Virus record (IMG/VR): IMGVR_UViG_3300042402_002564
Location: 182,503 to 246,502 of that record
Strand: one strand, 5' to 3'
DNA length: 64,000 nt
Shown here one piece after another: positions 9,989 to 20,742 of this stretch (position 1 is the first letter of the stretch; every line of letters starts with the position of its first letter). The notes below the pieces were generated by a model. That model was not told the origin of the DNA. It ran no database searches and worked only from the letters and a program-made list of their open reading frames with translations. The position numbers and the translations under genes were made by a program.

Positions 9989-10342
9989 ATGTCTATTAAA
10001 TTGGTAGTAGTAAAAACAGGTGAGCAAATTATTGCAAAAATTGAAGAAATGATTCTTGATGATAGAGTTGTTGGATATTTTTTAATAAAACCGTGTGTAG
10101 TAAAAATAGAAGACCTGAATCTTAATAAGGATACTGGAGGTGCATCTTTTGATATTAAATTGACACCTTGGATACCTTTAGGTAAAGGAATTAGATTTCC
10201 AGTTCCTACTGACTGGGTTGTTACAATTTCTGAACCAGTAGATGAATTAAAATTAATGTATCAGACTGATATTTTAAGAACTACTGAAGAAATTGAAGAG
10301 CAAAATATCGTTTTAAAAGATAATTGTGAGGAATGTCAATAA
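9989..10342 (+). CDS. Conserved cyanophage hypothetical protein
   Basis: MSIKLVVVKTGEQII...PWIPL; usual position before gp43. Confidence 0.75.
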   Translation: MSIKLVVVKTGEQIIAKIEEMILDDRVVGYFLIKPCVVKIEDLNLNKDTGGASFDIKLTPWIPLGKGIRFPVPTDWVVTISEPVDELKLMYQTDILRTTEEIEEQNIVLKDNCEECQ

Positions 10343-10608
10343 TGATTAAATTATTAGTATTTTTAGATAAAACCATCTTAATTACAAAAATAGAAGAATC
10401 ACCATCTGAACTTGGAGAACCAGATTGCAAATTAATTAATCCATTTGAAGTTAAAAAACCTCAAGTTGATGGAATGGCACCAACTTTGGAATCTTGGTTG
10501 AGTGGATACACTAAACAGAATGAATTTATGATTCACTCTGATAAAATCTTGACTATTGCCGAACCTACTGCTAGACTGATTGAACTATATGAAGAATTGA
10601 CGAAGTAA
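10333..10608 (+). CDS. Conserved cyanophage hypothetical protein
   Basis: ELGEPDCKLINP...MIHSDKILTI. Confidence 0.75.
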   Translation: MSIMIKLLVFLDKTILITKIEESPSELGEPDCKLINPFEVKKPQVDGMAPTLESWLSGYTKQNEFMIHSDKILTIAEPTARLIELYEELTK

Positions 10609-13103
10609 TGAGGTTTTATACCAACGTTCAGATGGTCGGAGATCAATTTCTTGTTCGTGGTTATGAAAATGGAAATCATTTCATGACTCGTGAGAAATTT
10701 GCTCCGACTCTTTTTGTGCCTTCAAATAAAAAAACTAATTATAAAACTTTAAATGGTGAATATGTAGAAAAAATTCATCCAGGTTTTGTTCGTGATTGTA
10801 GGGAGTTTATAAAAAAATATGATGGTGTAGAAGGATTTAAAATTTACGGGAATGAGAGATATATCTATCAGTATATTTCCGAAAATTATTCTGAGGATGA
10901 AATCAAATTTGATATTAGTAAAATTAAATTAATGACCTTGGATATTGAGGTTGCATCAGAAAATGGGTTCCCCGATGTAGAAAATGCTGCAGAAGAAGTT
11001 CTTCTCATTACTCTACAAGATTATACAACCAAGGAAATTATTACTTGGGGTATGGGACCATTCAAGCATAATCGTAATAAAGTTACTTATCGACAATTTA
11101 ACAACGAGTATGACCTTTTGAATGATTTTATTCATTGGTGGATGGATAATACTCCAGAAGTTGTGACTGGGTGGAATAGTAAACTTTACGATATTCCATA
11201 TCTTGTTCGTCGCCTAGACCGTGTGCTTGGTGAAAAACTTATGAAGAGAATGTCTCCTTGGGGTTTGGTAACTGAGGATGAAGTTTATATTTCTGGTCGT
11301 AAAAATATTTCTTATGATATTGGGGGTATCTCGCAGTTAGACTATCTTGACCTTTATAAAAAATTCACCTACAAGGCACAGGAATCATACCGACTTGATT
11401 ATATTGCCGAAGTTGAACTTGGTCAGAAAAAACTAGATCACTCTGAGTTTGATACGTTCAAGGACTTTTATACTAAAGGTTGGCAGAAGTTTGTAGAATA
11501 CAACATCATTGACGTAGAACTTGTTGACCGTTTGGAAGACAAGATGAAATTGATTGAACTTGCACTTACTATGGCATATGACGCCAAAGTAAACTATGAG
11601 GATGTATTTTCTCAGGTTAGGATGTGGGACACTATCATTTACAATTATCTCAAAAAGAGAAACATTGTAATTCCTCCAAATGAAAGATCTGATAAAGATT
11701 CCAAATATGCTGGTGCTTATGTAAAAGAACCAATTCCTGGTGCTTATGACTGGGTTGTGAGTTTTGACTTGAACTCTCTATACCCTCACCTTATTATGCA
11801 ATACAACATTTCTCCAGAGACTCTTTTAGATAATCGCCATCCTACAGTAAATGTAGATAAAATTCTTAATAAAGAACTAACATTTGACTCTTATAAAGAC
11901 TTTGCCGTATGTGCTAACGGTGCAATGTACCGTAAGGATGTTCGTGGATTCCTTCCAGAACTGATGGAAAAGATTTACACTGAACGTGTGGTGTTTAAGA
12001 AAAAAATGCTTGCTGCGGAACAGGAATATGAAAAGAAAAAGACGAAAGAGTTGGAAAAAGAGATTGCAAGATGCAACAACATCCAAATGGCGAGGAAAAT
12101 TCAACTTAACTCTGCTTATGGTGCTATCGGCAATCAGTACTTTCGTTATTTTAAACTAGCAAACGCTGAAGCCATTACTTTATCTGGACAGGTTTCTATT
12201 CAGTGGATTATGAATAAAATGAATGCCTATCTGAATAAAATTCTTAAGACGGGAGATGTTGATTATGTTATTGCTTCGGATACTGATTCTCTTTATATTA
12301 ATATGGGTCCTTTGGTTGACAGTGTATTCAAGGGAAGAGAGAAAACTACTCAAGGCATTGTTTCGTTCCTTGATAAGGTCTGTCAAGTGGAATTTGAGAA
12401 ATATATTGAAAGTTCTTACCAAGAATTGGCTGAGTATGTGAATGCCTATGATCAGAAGATGTTTATGAAGCGTGAATGTGTTGCTGAACGTGGAATTTGG
12501 ACTGCCAAAAAACGCTACATTCTGAATGTTTGGGATAGTGAAGGTGTTCGTTACGAAGAACCTAAACTTAAAATTAAAGGAATTGAAGCAATTAAATCAT
12601 CTACTCCTGCTCCATGCAGAAAAATGTTTAAAGATGGATTTAAAATAATGATGAGTGGAACGGAAGATGATGTTATCGAGTATATCGATAAATGTAGACA
12701 ATTGTTTAAGACTCTTCCCCCAGAACAAATTGCATTCCCAAGAAGTGCATCTGATGTTCGCAAATATAAATCGTCATCGGACATTTATATAAAAGGTACA
12801 CCTGTTCATATTCGTGGAGCACTATTGTTTAATCATTATATCAAAGAAAAAAAATTAACTAATAAATATTCTCTTATTGGTAATGGTGAAAAAGTGAAGT
12901 TTATTTATTTAAAAAAACCAAATATCATTAGGGAAAATATTATATCTTTTATACAAGAATTCCCAAAAGAATTGGGTATTGACAAGTACATTGATTATGA
13001 CTTACAATTTGAGAAGGCATTCTTAGAACCATTTAGATCTATTTTAGATGCTATCGGATGGAAAGTTGAAAAAATAAATACCTTAGAATCTTTTTTCTCA
13101 TGA
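10608..13103 (+). CDS. gp43: DNA polymerase (family B) gp43
   Basis: Exo DIE, SFDLNSLYP, KIQLNSAYG, SDTDS, KKRY motifs. Confidence 0.98.
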   Translation: MRFYTNVQMVGDQFLVRGYENGNHFMTREKFAPTLFVPSNKKTNYKTLNGEYVEKIHPGFVRDCREFIKKYDGVEGFKIYGNERYIYQYISENYSEDEIKFDISKIKLMTLDIEVASENGFPDVENAAEEVLLITLQDYTTKEIITWGMGPFKHNRNKVTYRQFNNEYDLLNDFIHWWMDNTPEVVTGWNSKLYDIPYLVRRLDRVLGEKLMKRMSPWGLVTEDEVYISGRKNISYDIGGISQLDYLDLYKKFTYKAQESYRLDYIAEVELGQKKLDHSEFDTFKDFYTKGWQKFVEYNIIDVELVDRLEDKMKLIELALTMAYDAKVNYEDVFSQVRMWDTIIYNYLKKRNIVIPPNERSDKDSKYAGAYVKEPIPGAYDWVVSFDLNSLYPHLIMQYNISPETLLDNRHPTVNVDKILNKELTFDSYKDFAVCANGAMYRKDVRGFLPELMEKIYTERVVFKKKMLAAEQEYEKKKTKELEKEIARCNNIQMARKIQLNSAYGAIGNQYFRYFKLANAEAITLSGQVSIQWIMNKMNAYLNKILKTGDVDYVIASDTDSLYINMGPLVDSVFKGREKTTQGIVSFLDKVCQVEFEKYIESSYQELAEYVNAYDQKMFMKRECVAERGIWTAKKRYILNVWDSEGVRYEEPKLKIKGIEAIKSSTPAPCRKMFKDGFKIMMSGTEDDVIEYIDKCRQLFKTLPPEQIAFPRSASDVRKYKSSSDIYIKGTPVHIRGALLFNHYIKEKKLTNKYSLIGNGEKVKFIYLKKPNIIRENIISFIQEFPKELGIDKYIDYDLQFEKAFLEPFRSILDAIGWKVEKINTLESFFS

Positions 13104-13303
13104 CAAATAAAAATCTTAATAATGAAGATATTGAAACTAAAAAAGACAAATGGAATAGGGGTTTAGATTTATTTTTAGAATCTGTATATAAACCAGATAA
13201 CGAACTTAGGCAATGTGCTCATAATCAAAAATGTTTTCATGAATTAATGGATGTTCGTGAAAATGTTGTAGAATATTTACAAACTTTGCGTTGGAATGAT
13301 TGA
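13100..13303 (+). CDS. Small hypothetical protein
   Basis: 67 aa, ATGA-coupled to gp43. Confidence 0.65.
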   Translation: MTNKNLNNEDIETKKDKWNRGLDLFLESVYKPDNELRQCAHNQKCFHELMDVRENVVEYLQTLRWND

Positions 13304-13467
13304 TGGAACTTCCTATTAATGATAAAGAACTGAATACTATTGTTAAGGCATTGGGATTTGGTGGAGATGCCTCTTTATACCATAAATTAAAATTAGTAAA
13401 AGAACTTAGAGAGCAAGGTTTGCCTTATAAACAAATACTTCGTAAAGAATACGGGATTGTAGCGTGA
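13303..13467 (+). CDS. Small hypothetical protein (54 aa, MELPINDKEL...)
   Basis: Below ORF-track cutoff; TGATG coupling at both ends. Confidence 0.55.
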   Translation: MELPINDKELNTIVKALGFGGDASLYHKLKLVKELREQGLPYKQILRKEYGIVA

Positions 13468-13595
13468 TGATTAAACTGAATTATTACATCAAAGAGTTTC
13501 CAAATACAACACTCTTTAAGTTTTTTAGAACTGAAGAGGCAGTAGAGATGTTTAAATCTCAAAATCAAGATTATGTTTTTATTGGAGATAAGTGA
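13467..13595 (+). CDS. Small hypothetical protein (42 aa, MIKLNYYIKE...)
   Basis: TGATG coupling to neighbours, fills gap to uvsX. Confidence 0.45.
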   Translation: MIKLNYYIKEFPNTTLFKFFRTEEAVEMFKSQNQDYVFIGDK

Positions 13596-14596
13596 TGGAT
13601 TTTTTAAAGGATATTGTAAAAGAGATTGGTGACGACTTTACAAAGTTGGCATCTGATATAGACGAGACCGAAACTTATGTTGATACGGGTTCATACATTT
13701 TTAATGCACTGGTCTCAGGTAGTGTATTTGGCGGTGTATCTGGCAATAAGATTACTGCTATTGCTGGAGAGTCTTCTACTGGAAAGACTTTTTTCTCTCT
13801 CGCCGTGGTTAAGAATTTTCTTGATTCTAATCCCGATGGTTACTGTCTCTACTTTGACACTGAAGCTGCTATCACTAAATCACTTGTAGAGTCTCGTGGT
13901 ATTGATACTACACGTCTTGTAGTTGTAAATGTTGTTACCATTGAAGAGTTTCGTGGTAAAGCACTTAAGGCGGTTGATATGTACCTTAAGAAACCTTTAG
14001 AAGAACGCAAACCGTGCATGTTTGTGCTAGACTCTTTAGGTATGCTTTCAACAGAGAAAGAAATCACTGATGCACTGAACGATAAACAAGTTCGTGATAT
14101 GACCAAATCTCAATTGGTCAAAGGTGCATTCCGAATGCTCACACTCAAACTAGGTCAAGCAAATGTCCCGCTCATTGTCACAAATCATACATACGATGTC
14201 ATCGGAGCTTACGTACCAACTAAAGAAATGGGAGGAGGTTCTGGACTCAAATACGCAGCAAGTACGATCATTTATCTCAGCAAAAAGAAAGAAAAGGATG
14301 GAACGGAAGTGGTCGGAAATATTATCAAGGCTAAGACTGCTAAATCGCGTTTAAGTAAGGAGAACAAAGATGTTGAAGTCCGTCTTTATTACGATGAGCG
14401 GGGGCTTGATCGTTATTATGGTCTTCTGGAACTTGGTGAGATTGGTGGACTCTGGAAGAATGTAGCAGGACGATATGAGATCGATGGTAAAAAGATTTAT
14501 GCTAAGCAAATTCTAAAAGAACCAGAATTATATTTTACTGAAGAAGTGATGCAACAATTAGATGAGATTGCTAAGAAGGAGTTTAGTTACGGTTGA
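13595..14596 (+). CDS. uvsX: RecA-like recombinase UvsX
   Basis: AGESSTGKT, YFDTE, LDSLG, MGGGSGLKYAAS. Confidence 0.95.
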   Translation: MDFLKDIVKEIGDDFTKLASDIDETETYVDTGSYIFNALVSGSVFGGVSGNKITAIAGESSTGKTFFSLAVVKNFLDSNPDGYCLYFDTEAAITKSLVESRGIDTTRLVVVNVVTIEEFRGKALKAVDMYLKKPLEERKPCMFVLDSLGMLSTEKEITDALNDKQVRDMTKSQLVKGAFRMLTLKLGQANVPLIVTNHTYDVIGAYVPTKEMGGGSGLKYAASTIIYLSKKKEKDGTEVVGNIIKAKTAKSRLSKENKDVEVRLYYDERGLDRYYGLLELGEIGGLWKNVAGRYEIDGKKIYAKQILKEPELYFTEEVMQQLDEIAKKEFSYG

Positions 14597-14618
14597 TTAT
14601 TGTTTATGGTTCTTTTAA

Positions 14619-15995
14619 ATGGAAAGTGTTGAATTAACAGTCTTAAAAAATTTAATATTTAATGAAGAATATTCTAGAAAAGTAATACCATTTATTAATC
14701 TAGAATATTTTGAAGATAATTCTCAAAAAATTATTTTTGAAGAAACTGTAAAATTTATCTTAAAATATAATTCTCAAATTACACTAGAATCACTTTTAAT
14801 TGAAATATCTAACAGAAAAGATATAAATGAGAGTGATATTAAATCTTTAACATCTTTAATCAATTCATTCGAATATCAACCATCCGACCAAAAGTGGTTA
14901 ATTGATACTACTGAAAAATGGTGCAGAGACCGTGCCATTTATCTCGCTTTAATGGAATCCATTTATATTGCTGATGGTAAGGATGATAAAAAAAATAGAG
15001 ATGCAATTCCTTCAATTTTATCTGATGCTTTAGCGGTATCATTTGATAATAATATTGGACATGATTATCTTTTAAATTATGAAGAAAGATATAATTATTA
15101 TCACAGGAAGGAAGATAAAATCGAGTTTGATTTGGAATATTTTAATAAAATTACTAAAGGTGGTCTCCCAAATAAAACATTAAATATTGCCCTTGCAGGC
15201 ACTGGTGTCGGTAAATCTTTGTTCATGTGCCATGTCGCATCTTCTGTCTTAGTTCAAGGAAAAAATGTCTTATACATTACTCTCGAAATGGCAGAAGAAA
15301 AAATTGCTGAGAGGATTGATGCAAATCTATTAAACGTTCCTATTCAACAGTTATCAGAATTACCAAAGGCAATGTTTGAAAGTAAAGTCAATACACTTGC
15401 CAGTAAAACACAAGGGTCTTTAATTATTAAAGAATATCCAACAGCATCTGCACATAGTGGACATTTTAAAGCATTGCTTAATGAATTAGCACTTAAAAAA
15501 TCTTTTAAACCAGATATTATTTTTATTGATTATCTTAATATCTGTTCTTCTTCCAGATATAAGGGAAATAGTAACATTAATTCTTATACGTTTGTAAAAG
15601 CAATTGCAGAAGAACTTCGTGGTCTTGCCGTGGAATTTAACGTTCCAATTGTATCCGCTACTCAAACTACTCGTAGTGGTTATGGTAATTCTGATGTAGA
15701 ACTTACTGATACATCAGAGTCTTTTGGTCTTCCAGCAACTGCAGACCTTATGTTTGCTCTTATCAGTACTGAAGAATTAGAAAATCTTGGGCAAATTATG
15801 GTAAAACAATTAAAAAATCGTTATAATGACCCAACAATCTATAAAAGATTTATTGTAGGTATCGACAGAGCAAAAATGAGATTGTATGATTGTGAACAAT
15901 CTGCCCAAAATGATGTTATTGACAATAATGAATATTCTGAATCTGAACAGGATAAAACAGTAAAAAAAGAAAAATTTAATGGATTTAAATTTTAA
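14619..15995 (+). CDS. gp41: Replicative DNA helicase gp41
   Basis: AGTGVGKS, YITLEM, IDYLNI, SATQTTR, SESFGLPATAD. Confidence 0.97.
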   Translation: MESVELTVLKNLIFNEEYSRKVIPFINLEYFEDNSQKIIFEETVKFILKYNSQITLESLLIEISNRKDINESDIKSLTSLINSFEYQPSDQKWLIDTTEKWCRDRAIYLALMESIYIADGKDDKKNRDAIPSILSDALAVSFDNNIGHDYLLNYEERYNYYHRKEDKIEFDLEYFNKITKGGLPNKTLNIALAGTGVGKSLFMCHVASSVLVQGKNVLYITLEMAEEKIAERIDANLLNVPIQQLSELPKAMFESKVNTLASKTQGSLIIKEYPTASAHSGHFKALLNELALKKSFKPDIIFIDYLNICSSSRYKGNSNINSYTFVKAIAEELRGLAVEFNVPIVSATQTTRSGYGNSDVELTDTSESFGLPATADLMFALISTEELENLGQIMVKQLKNRYNDPTIYKRFIVGIDRAKMRLYDCEQSAQNDVIDNNEYSESEQDKTVKKEKFNGFKF

Positions 15996-16042
15996 TAGTA
16001 TTTTGGTAAAGAGTTTTATATTCTTTACCTTTTTTTATTACC

Positions 16043-16050
16043 TATAAATA
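16043..16050 (+). promoter_or_regulatory. T4-type late promoter TATAAATA heading glycan island 1
   Basis: Exact gp55 consensus about 25 nt upstream of ATG 16075, after a terminator-like hairpin. Confidence 0.65.
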
Positions 16051-16074
16051 AAATCACGAATAAGAATATAATTA

Positions 16075-17154
16075 ATGAAAAAATTATTTAAAATATTGAC
16101 AAGTGAAAGGGTTGAGTATAATAAAAAGAGTATAAAAATCTTTGATATGATGAGATATTCATCTCATATTACTAATATTTTAGAAAGTGATAAAGATAAT
16201 TATATTAAAAATGTATGCTCATTTTTAGAAAAAAAGATAAGTGACAATACAATATTTTTTATTGATGATGAACGGTTTGAACCACAATATCAAAAAATTG
16301 AATTATTCTTTGAGTGTATAAAAAAAATAGATAGCAAACATAAAAATATAATTTATATTGTAAAAACTGAAATATTTGCTGATTATTTTGAAAAATATGA
16401 GATACAAAATTATATATTTGAACCACTGTTAGAAGTCATTAATTTTTATTACGGATCATTTAGAATAAGAAAATCTTTAATCGGAAATAAAATAAAGGAC
16501 GTGCCATTTTGCTCATTAAATGGGACAAAAAATCAAGTTAGAGAATTTTTGTTATATAGATTGAACGATTATAATTTGTTACCTGAAGGATACGTTACTG
16601 CTTGTGGGCAATTTTTTCTAGACCTGAATGAAGACATTAGAAATAATATATCCAAAGATAAATTTTTTGATAAATTTTATTATGATGGAAATCATAAATA
16701 TCATCAAGATAAAAATTTAGTAAATATTCTTTATATTGATAAAAATATTCCAGGTAATATATTTTTAACTGTCGAATCATTTAACTATGATAAAGTAGAA
16801 GAATCACTGAGACCATTATATACTGAGAAAACTTCTACTCCATTTTTGACAAAAAGAATACCTTTAATAATTGGATATAAAGATATTATTCAAGATCTTA
16901 GAATAGGTGGATTTGATATGTTTGATGATATAATTAACTATGAATATGATGAAATTGATCACATAGATTATCAAAAAAAGATTGACTTATGTATAAAAAA
17001 CAATTTACATATTCTTGAACATAATGATTTTTATGATAATTTAGAAATTGATAAGAGATTGGAATATAATAAAAAACATTATAATATATGGGTAGAAAAT
17101 CAAATTTTAAACTTCGAATCTAATATAGAAGAAAAATTAAAGTTATTTGTTTAA
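16075..17154 (+). CDS. Hypothetical protein, glycosyltransferase-like C-terminus
   Basis: TEKT..PF...IP.IIG...LR..GFD.FDDII.Y.YD pattern; very AT-rich. Confidence 0.5.
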   Translation: MKKLFKILTSERVEYNKKSIKIFDMMRYSSHITNILESDKDNYIKNVCSFLEKKISDNTIFFIDDERFEPQYQKIELFFECIKKIDSKHKNIIYIVKTEIFADYFEKYEIQNYIFEPLLEVINFYYGSFRIRKSLIGNKIKDVPFCSLNGTKNQVREFLLYRLNDYNLLPEGYVTACGQFFLDLNEDIRNNISKDKFFDKFYYDGNHKYHQDKNLVNILYIDKNIPGNIFLTVESFNYDKVEESLRPLYTEKTSTPFLTKRIPLIIGYKDIIQDLRIGGFDMFDDIINYEYDEIDHIDYQKKIDLCIKNNLHILEHNDFYDNLEIDKRLEYNKKHYNIWVENQILNFESNIEEKLKLFV

Positions 17155-17160
17155 TACATT

Positions 17161-17691
17161 ATGAAAGATACATTTATTACTGGTAAAATAGATAGTAATC
17201 TAATTGGAGATTTTAAAAACATAGATTATCCTGGAAGAAGGCAATTTAGAGATGATGAGACTGTTGAGAGGTGGAAAAATCTCGGACATTTGTATGTAAA
17301 TTATACTGGCTTTATTAGAGAAGAATATCGAGGATTGCCAGACTGGTGTGAAAATATAATTTTAGAAATAAAAAAACAACTAAATGTTTGCAACACTTCT
17401 TGTTCATTATATTGTATGCCTCCAGGTACAATAATGCCAGAGCATCAAGATGCATACTTAAATTATAAAAAAATATTTAATATTGGTGAGGTTGATAAAA
17501 TTTGTAGGATATTGGTGTTTATGGACGATTGGAAATCTGGACACTATTTTGAAGTTTGTGACAATCCAATAATAAACTGGAAATCTGGTGATTATTGTAT
17601 GTGGATTGGAAATACTCCACACATTGCTGCTAATATTGGAAGAGAAAATAGATATACATTACAAATAACTGCAACGATTGACGATGAGTAA
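17161..17691 (+). CDS. Fe(II)/2OG-dependent oxygenase-like (cupin) protein
   Basis: PGTIMPEHQD (HxD) ... W..GD ... PHIAAN.G...RYTLQIT. Confidence 0.75.
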   Translation: MKDTFITGKIDSNLIGDFKNIDYPGRRQFRDDETVERWKNLGHLYVNYTGFIREEYRGLPDWCENIILEIKKQLNVCNTSCSLYCMPPGTIMPEHQDAYLNYKKIFNIGEVDKICRILVFMDDWKSGHYFEVCDNPIINWKSGDYCMWIGNTPHIAANIGRENRYTLQITATIDDE

Positions 17692-18409
17692 AAGAAGAGC
17701 CGTTATAGATGAACTAGTAGAACAGTATCCAAAGTATTGTTCTTCTTTCACGTTCAAACTCCAAAAAGGAATACCTGGAGAAGTAATTCATAAAGAAGGA
17801 TTTGTTAATTGCTATATTGATTCGATAAACTATCTTGTTTATATGCATATTGATAAGTGTGGAAGTACCTCTATTACAACCGCATTGGAAGATCAAAAAC
17901 CTTACTTTTTAAGAATGGATAAGATTCCAAAGTCTGAAGAGTTTGCTAAACTTTTAGTGGAAAAAGAATATAAATTTTTTACTGTTGTTCGTGATCCAGT
18001 TTCTAGGTGGATGTCTGGATTGAACGAATTTATGTGTAGATATAGACCACCAATCAAATATGTAATAAATCAACTAAAAGATAAAAGATATGTTTTTGAT
18101 GAACATACAGCACCCCAACATTTATTTTTAAGATTGTGTATAGAAAATGATGCTAATCTTACTTGTATAAAAATGAATTCTGATATGGAGAAAAAAATAA
18201 ATGACGTTATTAGATGCTCTTTGAAAAATGAATCTACTAGAACTTCATACGTTCCATTAAAACTTCCACATTTAAGAAATTCCAAGTATTTTATACCGAA
18301 TTATATAAGTGTTTGTAAAAAATTATATGATGTTTATATAAAACCAGATACTACTCATTTTGATAAACTTTACAGCATAGACATTGACCTTTATAAAAAC
18401 GCAATATGA
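17684..18409 (+). CDS. Sulfotransferase (Sulfotransfer_2-like)
   Basis: PAPS motifs HIDKCGSTSI and VVRDPVSRWMS. Confidence 0.8.
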   Translation: MSKRRAVIDELVEQYPKYCSSFTFKLQKGIPGEVIHKEGFVNCYIDSINYLVYMHIDKCGSTSITTALEDQKPYFLRMDKIPKSEEFAKLLVEKEYKFFTVVRDPVSRWMSGLNEFMCRYRPPIKYVINQLKDKRYVFDEHTAPQHLFLRLCIENDANLTCIKMNSDMEKKINDVIRCSLKNESTRTSYVPLKLPHLRNSKYFIPNYISVCKKLYDVYIKPDTTHFDKLYSIDIDLYKNAI

Positions 18410-19020
18410 ATAACTTTAATACAGTAGAAAAATTTGAAAAAATCATAGCAAATTTTTTTGGATCTCCTTATGCAGTAGCAACAGATTGCTGTACTCATGC
18501 TATAGAACTATGTTTAAGGTATGAAAAATATGATAATATACAAATTCCTGAGCATACTTATATCTCTATACCATTTACAGCAGAAAAACTTAATTTAAAA
18601 TGGGAGTGGAAAAAAAATTATTCGTGGTGTGAATACTATCATATTTGGAATACAAACATAATAGATGCTGCAGTTTTTTGGGAAAAAAATGGTTATATTC
18701 CGAATACTTACATGTGTTTAAGTTTTCAGTATAAAAAACATTTAAATCTTGGTAGGGGTGGTATGATATTATTGGATAACTATGAATCTTATAAAGAACT
18801 CAAAAAAATGGTGTATGATGGAAGAACTTCTGAAAAACCTTGGATGGAACAAAATATTGATACGATAGGATATCATTATTATATGACGCCAGAAGTTGCT
18901 GAAACTGGCATACATAAATTTAGTAAAATTTCTGAAAAACAAACAAAAAAATGGGGATATCTAGATTATCCTTTTTTGCCAGATATGGAGGTGTTTAAAA
19001 AAAATGGATTTAGAAAATAA
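18406..19020 (+). CDS. Short DegT/DnrJ/EryC1/StrS PLP sugar aminotransferase
   Basis: AVATDCCTHAIEL, IIDAA, SFQYKKHL..GRGGMI (PLP Lys region); only 204 aa. Confidence 0.8.
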   Translation: MNNFNTVEKFEKIIANFFGSPYAVATDCCTHAIELCLRYEKYDNIQIPEHTYISIPFTAEKLNLKWEWKKNYSWCEYYHIWNTNIIDAAVFWEKNGYIPNTYMCLSFQYKKHLNLGRGGMILLDNYESYKELKKMVYDGRTSEKPWMEQNIDTIGYHYYMTPEVAETGIHKFSKISEKQTKKWGYLDYPFLPDMEVFKKNGFRK

Positions 19021-19882
19021 ACTTAAAGGTCTCCCCCCAGTTTTTTATTTGAACCTTGATCATAGGACAGATAGAAAAGAATATATGGAAAATCAGTTTA
19101 AAGAAAGAGGTATAACTGATTATACTAGAATATCTGCTTCTAGATTTGCAACATCAAAAATTGATGAGTGGGGTCATAGATTAGACTTGATGCTATTGGC
19201 TAAATCTGATGCATCCATTGTAATGAATCAGTTTACTACAATAATTGATTGGTATAATTCTGGTATATCAGAAACTTGTATAATAATGCAAGATGACCTA
19301 AGTTTGGAATTAATTGATTATTGGTCATTCGACTGGAATACTATCGTTAAAAGTTTGCCATATAATTGGGATTGTGTTCAATTTTATCATTGTCACAATG
19401 AAGAAATGCGTATGCATTTGCATAAAAGAAGTTATGGTAGTTCTTCTGCTGCTTGTTACATGATTAATAGATGGTACGCAGAAAAGTTAATAAAGATGCA
19501 TTTGCAACCAGATAACTCATTTAAACTTAAAAATAATTTGAAGGATGTAAGTGTTCCTAAAGAGTGTTATAGTAGTGATGACTTCTTGTTATATCAAATT
19601 GGTGTGAGTTATAGTTTACCAATTCTATGTTTAAACCAAAGACTTTCTCAAACTCCTGATAATAAAATGCAAGAAGATGAGACTGAAGATGACTATGATC
19701 CAGTTATAAGCATATATCACAACAAAATTCACGATATATTGGCTAGTACTTGCGTAAGGAGATGGTGGGAAAATGAAAGTTCAAAATATAAAGCAGAAGA
19801 TATTCTGAGTTATGGTGGTTCTATACATAAAAAGATGATTGTACCAATACCAAAGTTTAATAGAAAGGTGCTTCCAAAATGA
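19004..19882 (+). CDS. Glycosyltransferase family 25-like, paralogue 1
   Basis: YLNLDHRTDR, MQDD, LPYNWDCVQ. Confidence 0.8.
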   Translation: MDLENKLKGLPPVFYLNLDHRTDRKEYMENQFKERGITDYTRISASRFATSKIDEWGHRLDLMLLAKSDASIVMNQFTTIIDWYNSGISETCIIMQDDLSLELIDYWSFDWNTIVKSLPYNWDCVQFYHCHNEEMRMHLHKRSYGSSSAACYMINRWYAEKLIKMHLQPDNSFKLKNNLKDVSVPKECYSSDDFLLYQIGVSYSLPILCLNQRLSQTPDNKMQEDETEDDYDPVISIYHNKIHDILASTCVRRWWENESSKYKAEDILSYGGSIHKKMIVPIPKFNRKVLPK

Positions 19883-20742
19883 ACGTAGAATTGAATAAAT
19901 TAAAAACAATAGGATTTCCAAAAATCTTTTATTTGAATTCTGATTCTAGACCAGATAGAGGAAATTACATGGAATGGTCTTTTGAAAAGTGGGGAATAAA
20001 AAACTATGAGCGAGTTCCTACTAGTAGATTTTCACCAACAAATTACCATGATTGGTCGGAATTAATTTTAGATGAAAATATTTTACAGACACCTGAAGAA
20101 ATATCAAAAACTATTAATCATTTGAAAACAATAGTTGATTGGTATGATAATGGTGATGAAGAATATTGTATGATAATGGAAGACTTGATTGATATGAAAT
20201 CAATAGACCAATGGATGTTTGATTGGCAAACACTTTATAAAAATCTACCTTATAATTGGGATTGTATACAGTTATTTTTTTATAGCAATAGAACCATCAA
20301 CATGCATCTAAAACCAAAAGATGATGATACAAAAGGTGTATATTGTTATATGATAACTAGGCAGTTTGCTAAAAAAATTAAAGAACTTCATTATCATGAT
20401 GGAAGATTCAAATTTTTTATTAATAATAGAAATTTAAAATTACCAGAATATAAGTATGGGTCATTAGAATCCTTTTTATTTGAATTGGGAATAACCTATA
20501 CTTTACCAGTATTTTATTTGAGTTTAAAACATTTTGGTGAACCTAAAGAACTCGAAGATACATTGTGTAAACTCTCTTCGGAATCTATTGAGTTTTGGTG
20601 GAAAATAAAGTCTAAAGAATTTTCTATGCAAGAGTTCTTTTCATATAATAAAAGATATGATTGGAAAATGGAAGTTCTTTTTGATTTAAAAGAAAAGCAA
20701 GTGTATATGGATAAAGTTGAAAAAATAATGTTATGGATTTAA
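19879..20742 (+). CDS. Glycosyltransferase family 25-like, paralogue 2
   Basis: YLNSDSRPDR, IMEDL, LPYNWDCIQL. Confidence 0.78.
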   Translation: MNVELNKLKTIGFPKIFYLNSDSRPDRGNYMEWSFEKWGIKNYERVPTSRFSPTNYHDWSELILDENILQTPEEISKTINHLKTIVDWYDNGDEEYCMIMEDLIDMKSIDQWMFDWQTLYKNLPYNWDCIQLFFYSNRTINMHLKPKDDDTKGVYCYMITRQFAKKIKELHYHDGRFKFFINNRNLKLPEYKYGSLESFLFELGITYTLPVFYLSLKHFGEPKELEDTLCKLSSESIEFWWKIKSKEFSMQEFFSYNKRYDWKMEVLFDLKEKQVYMDKVEKIMLWI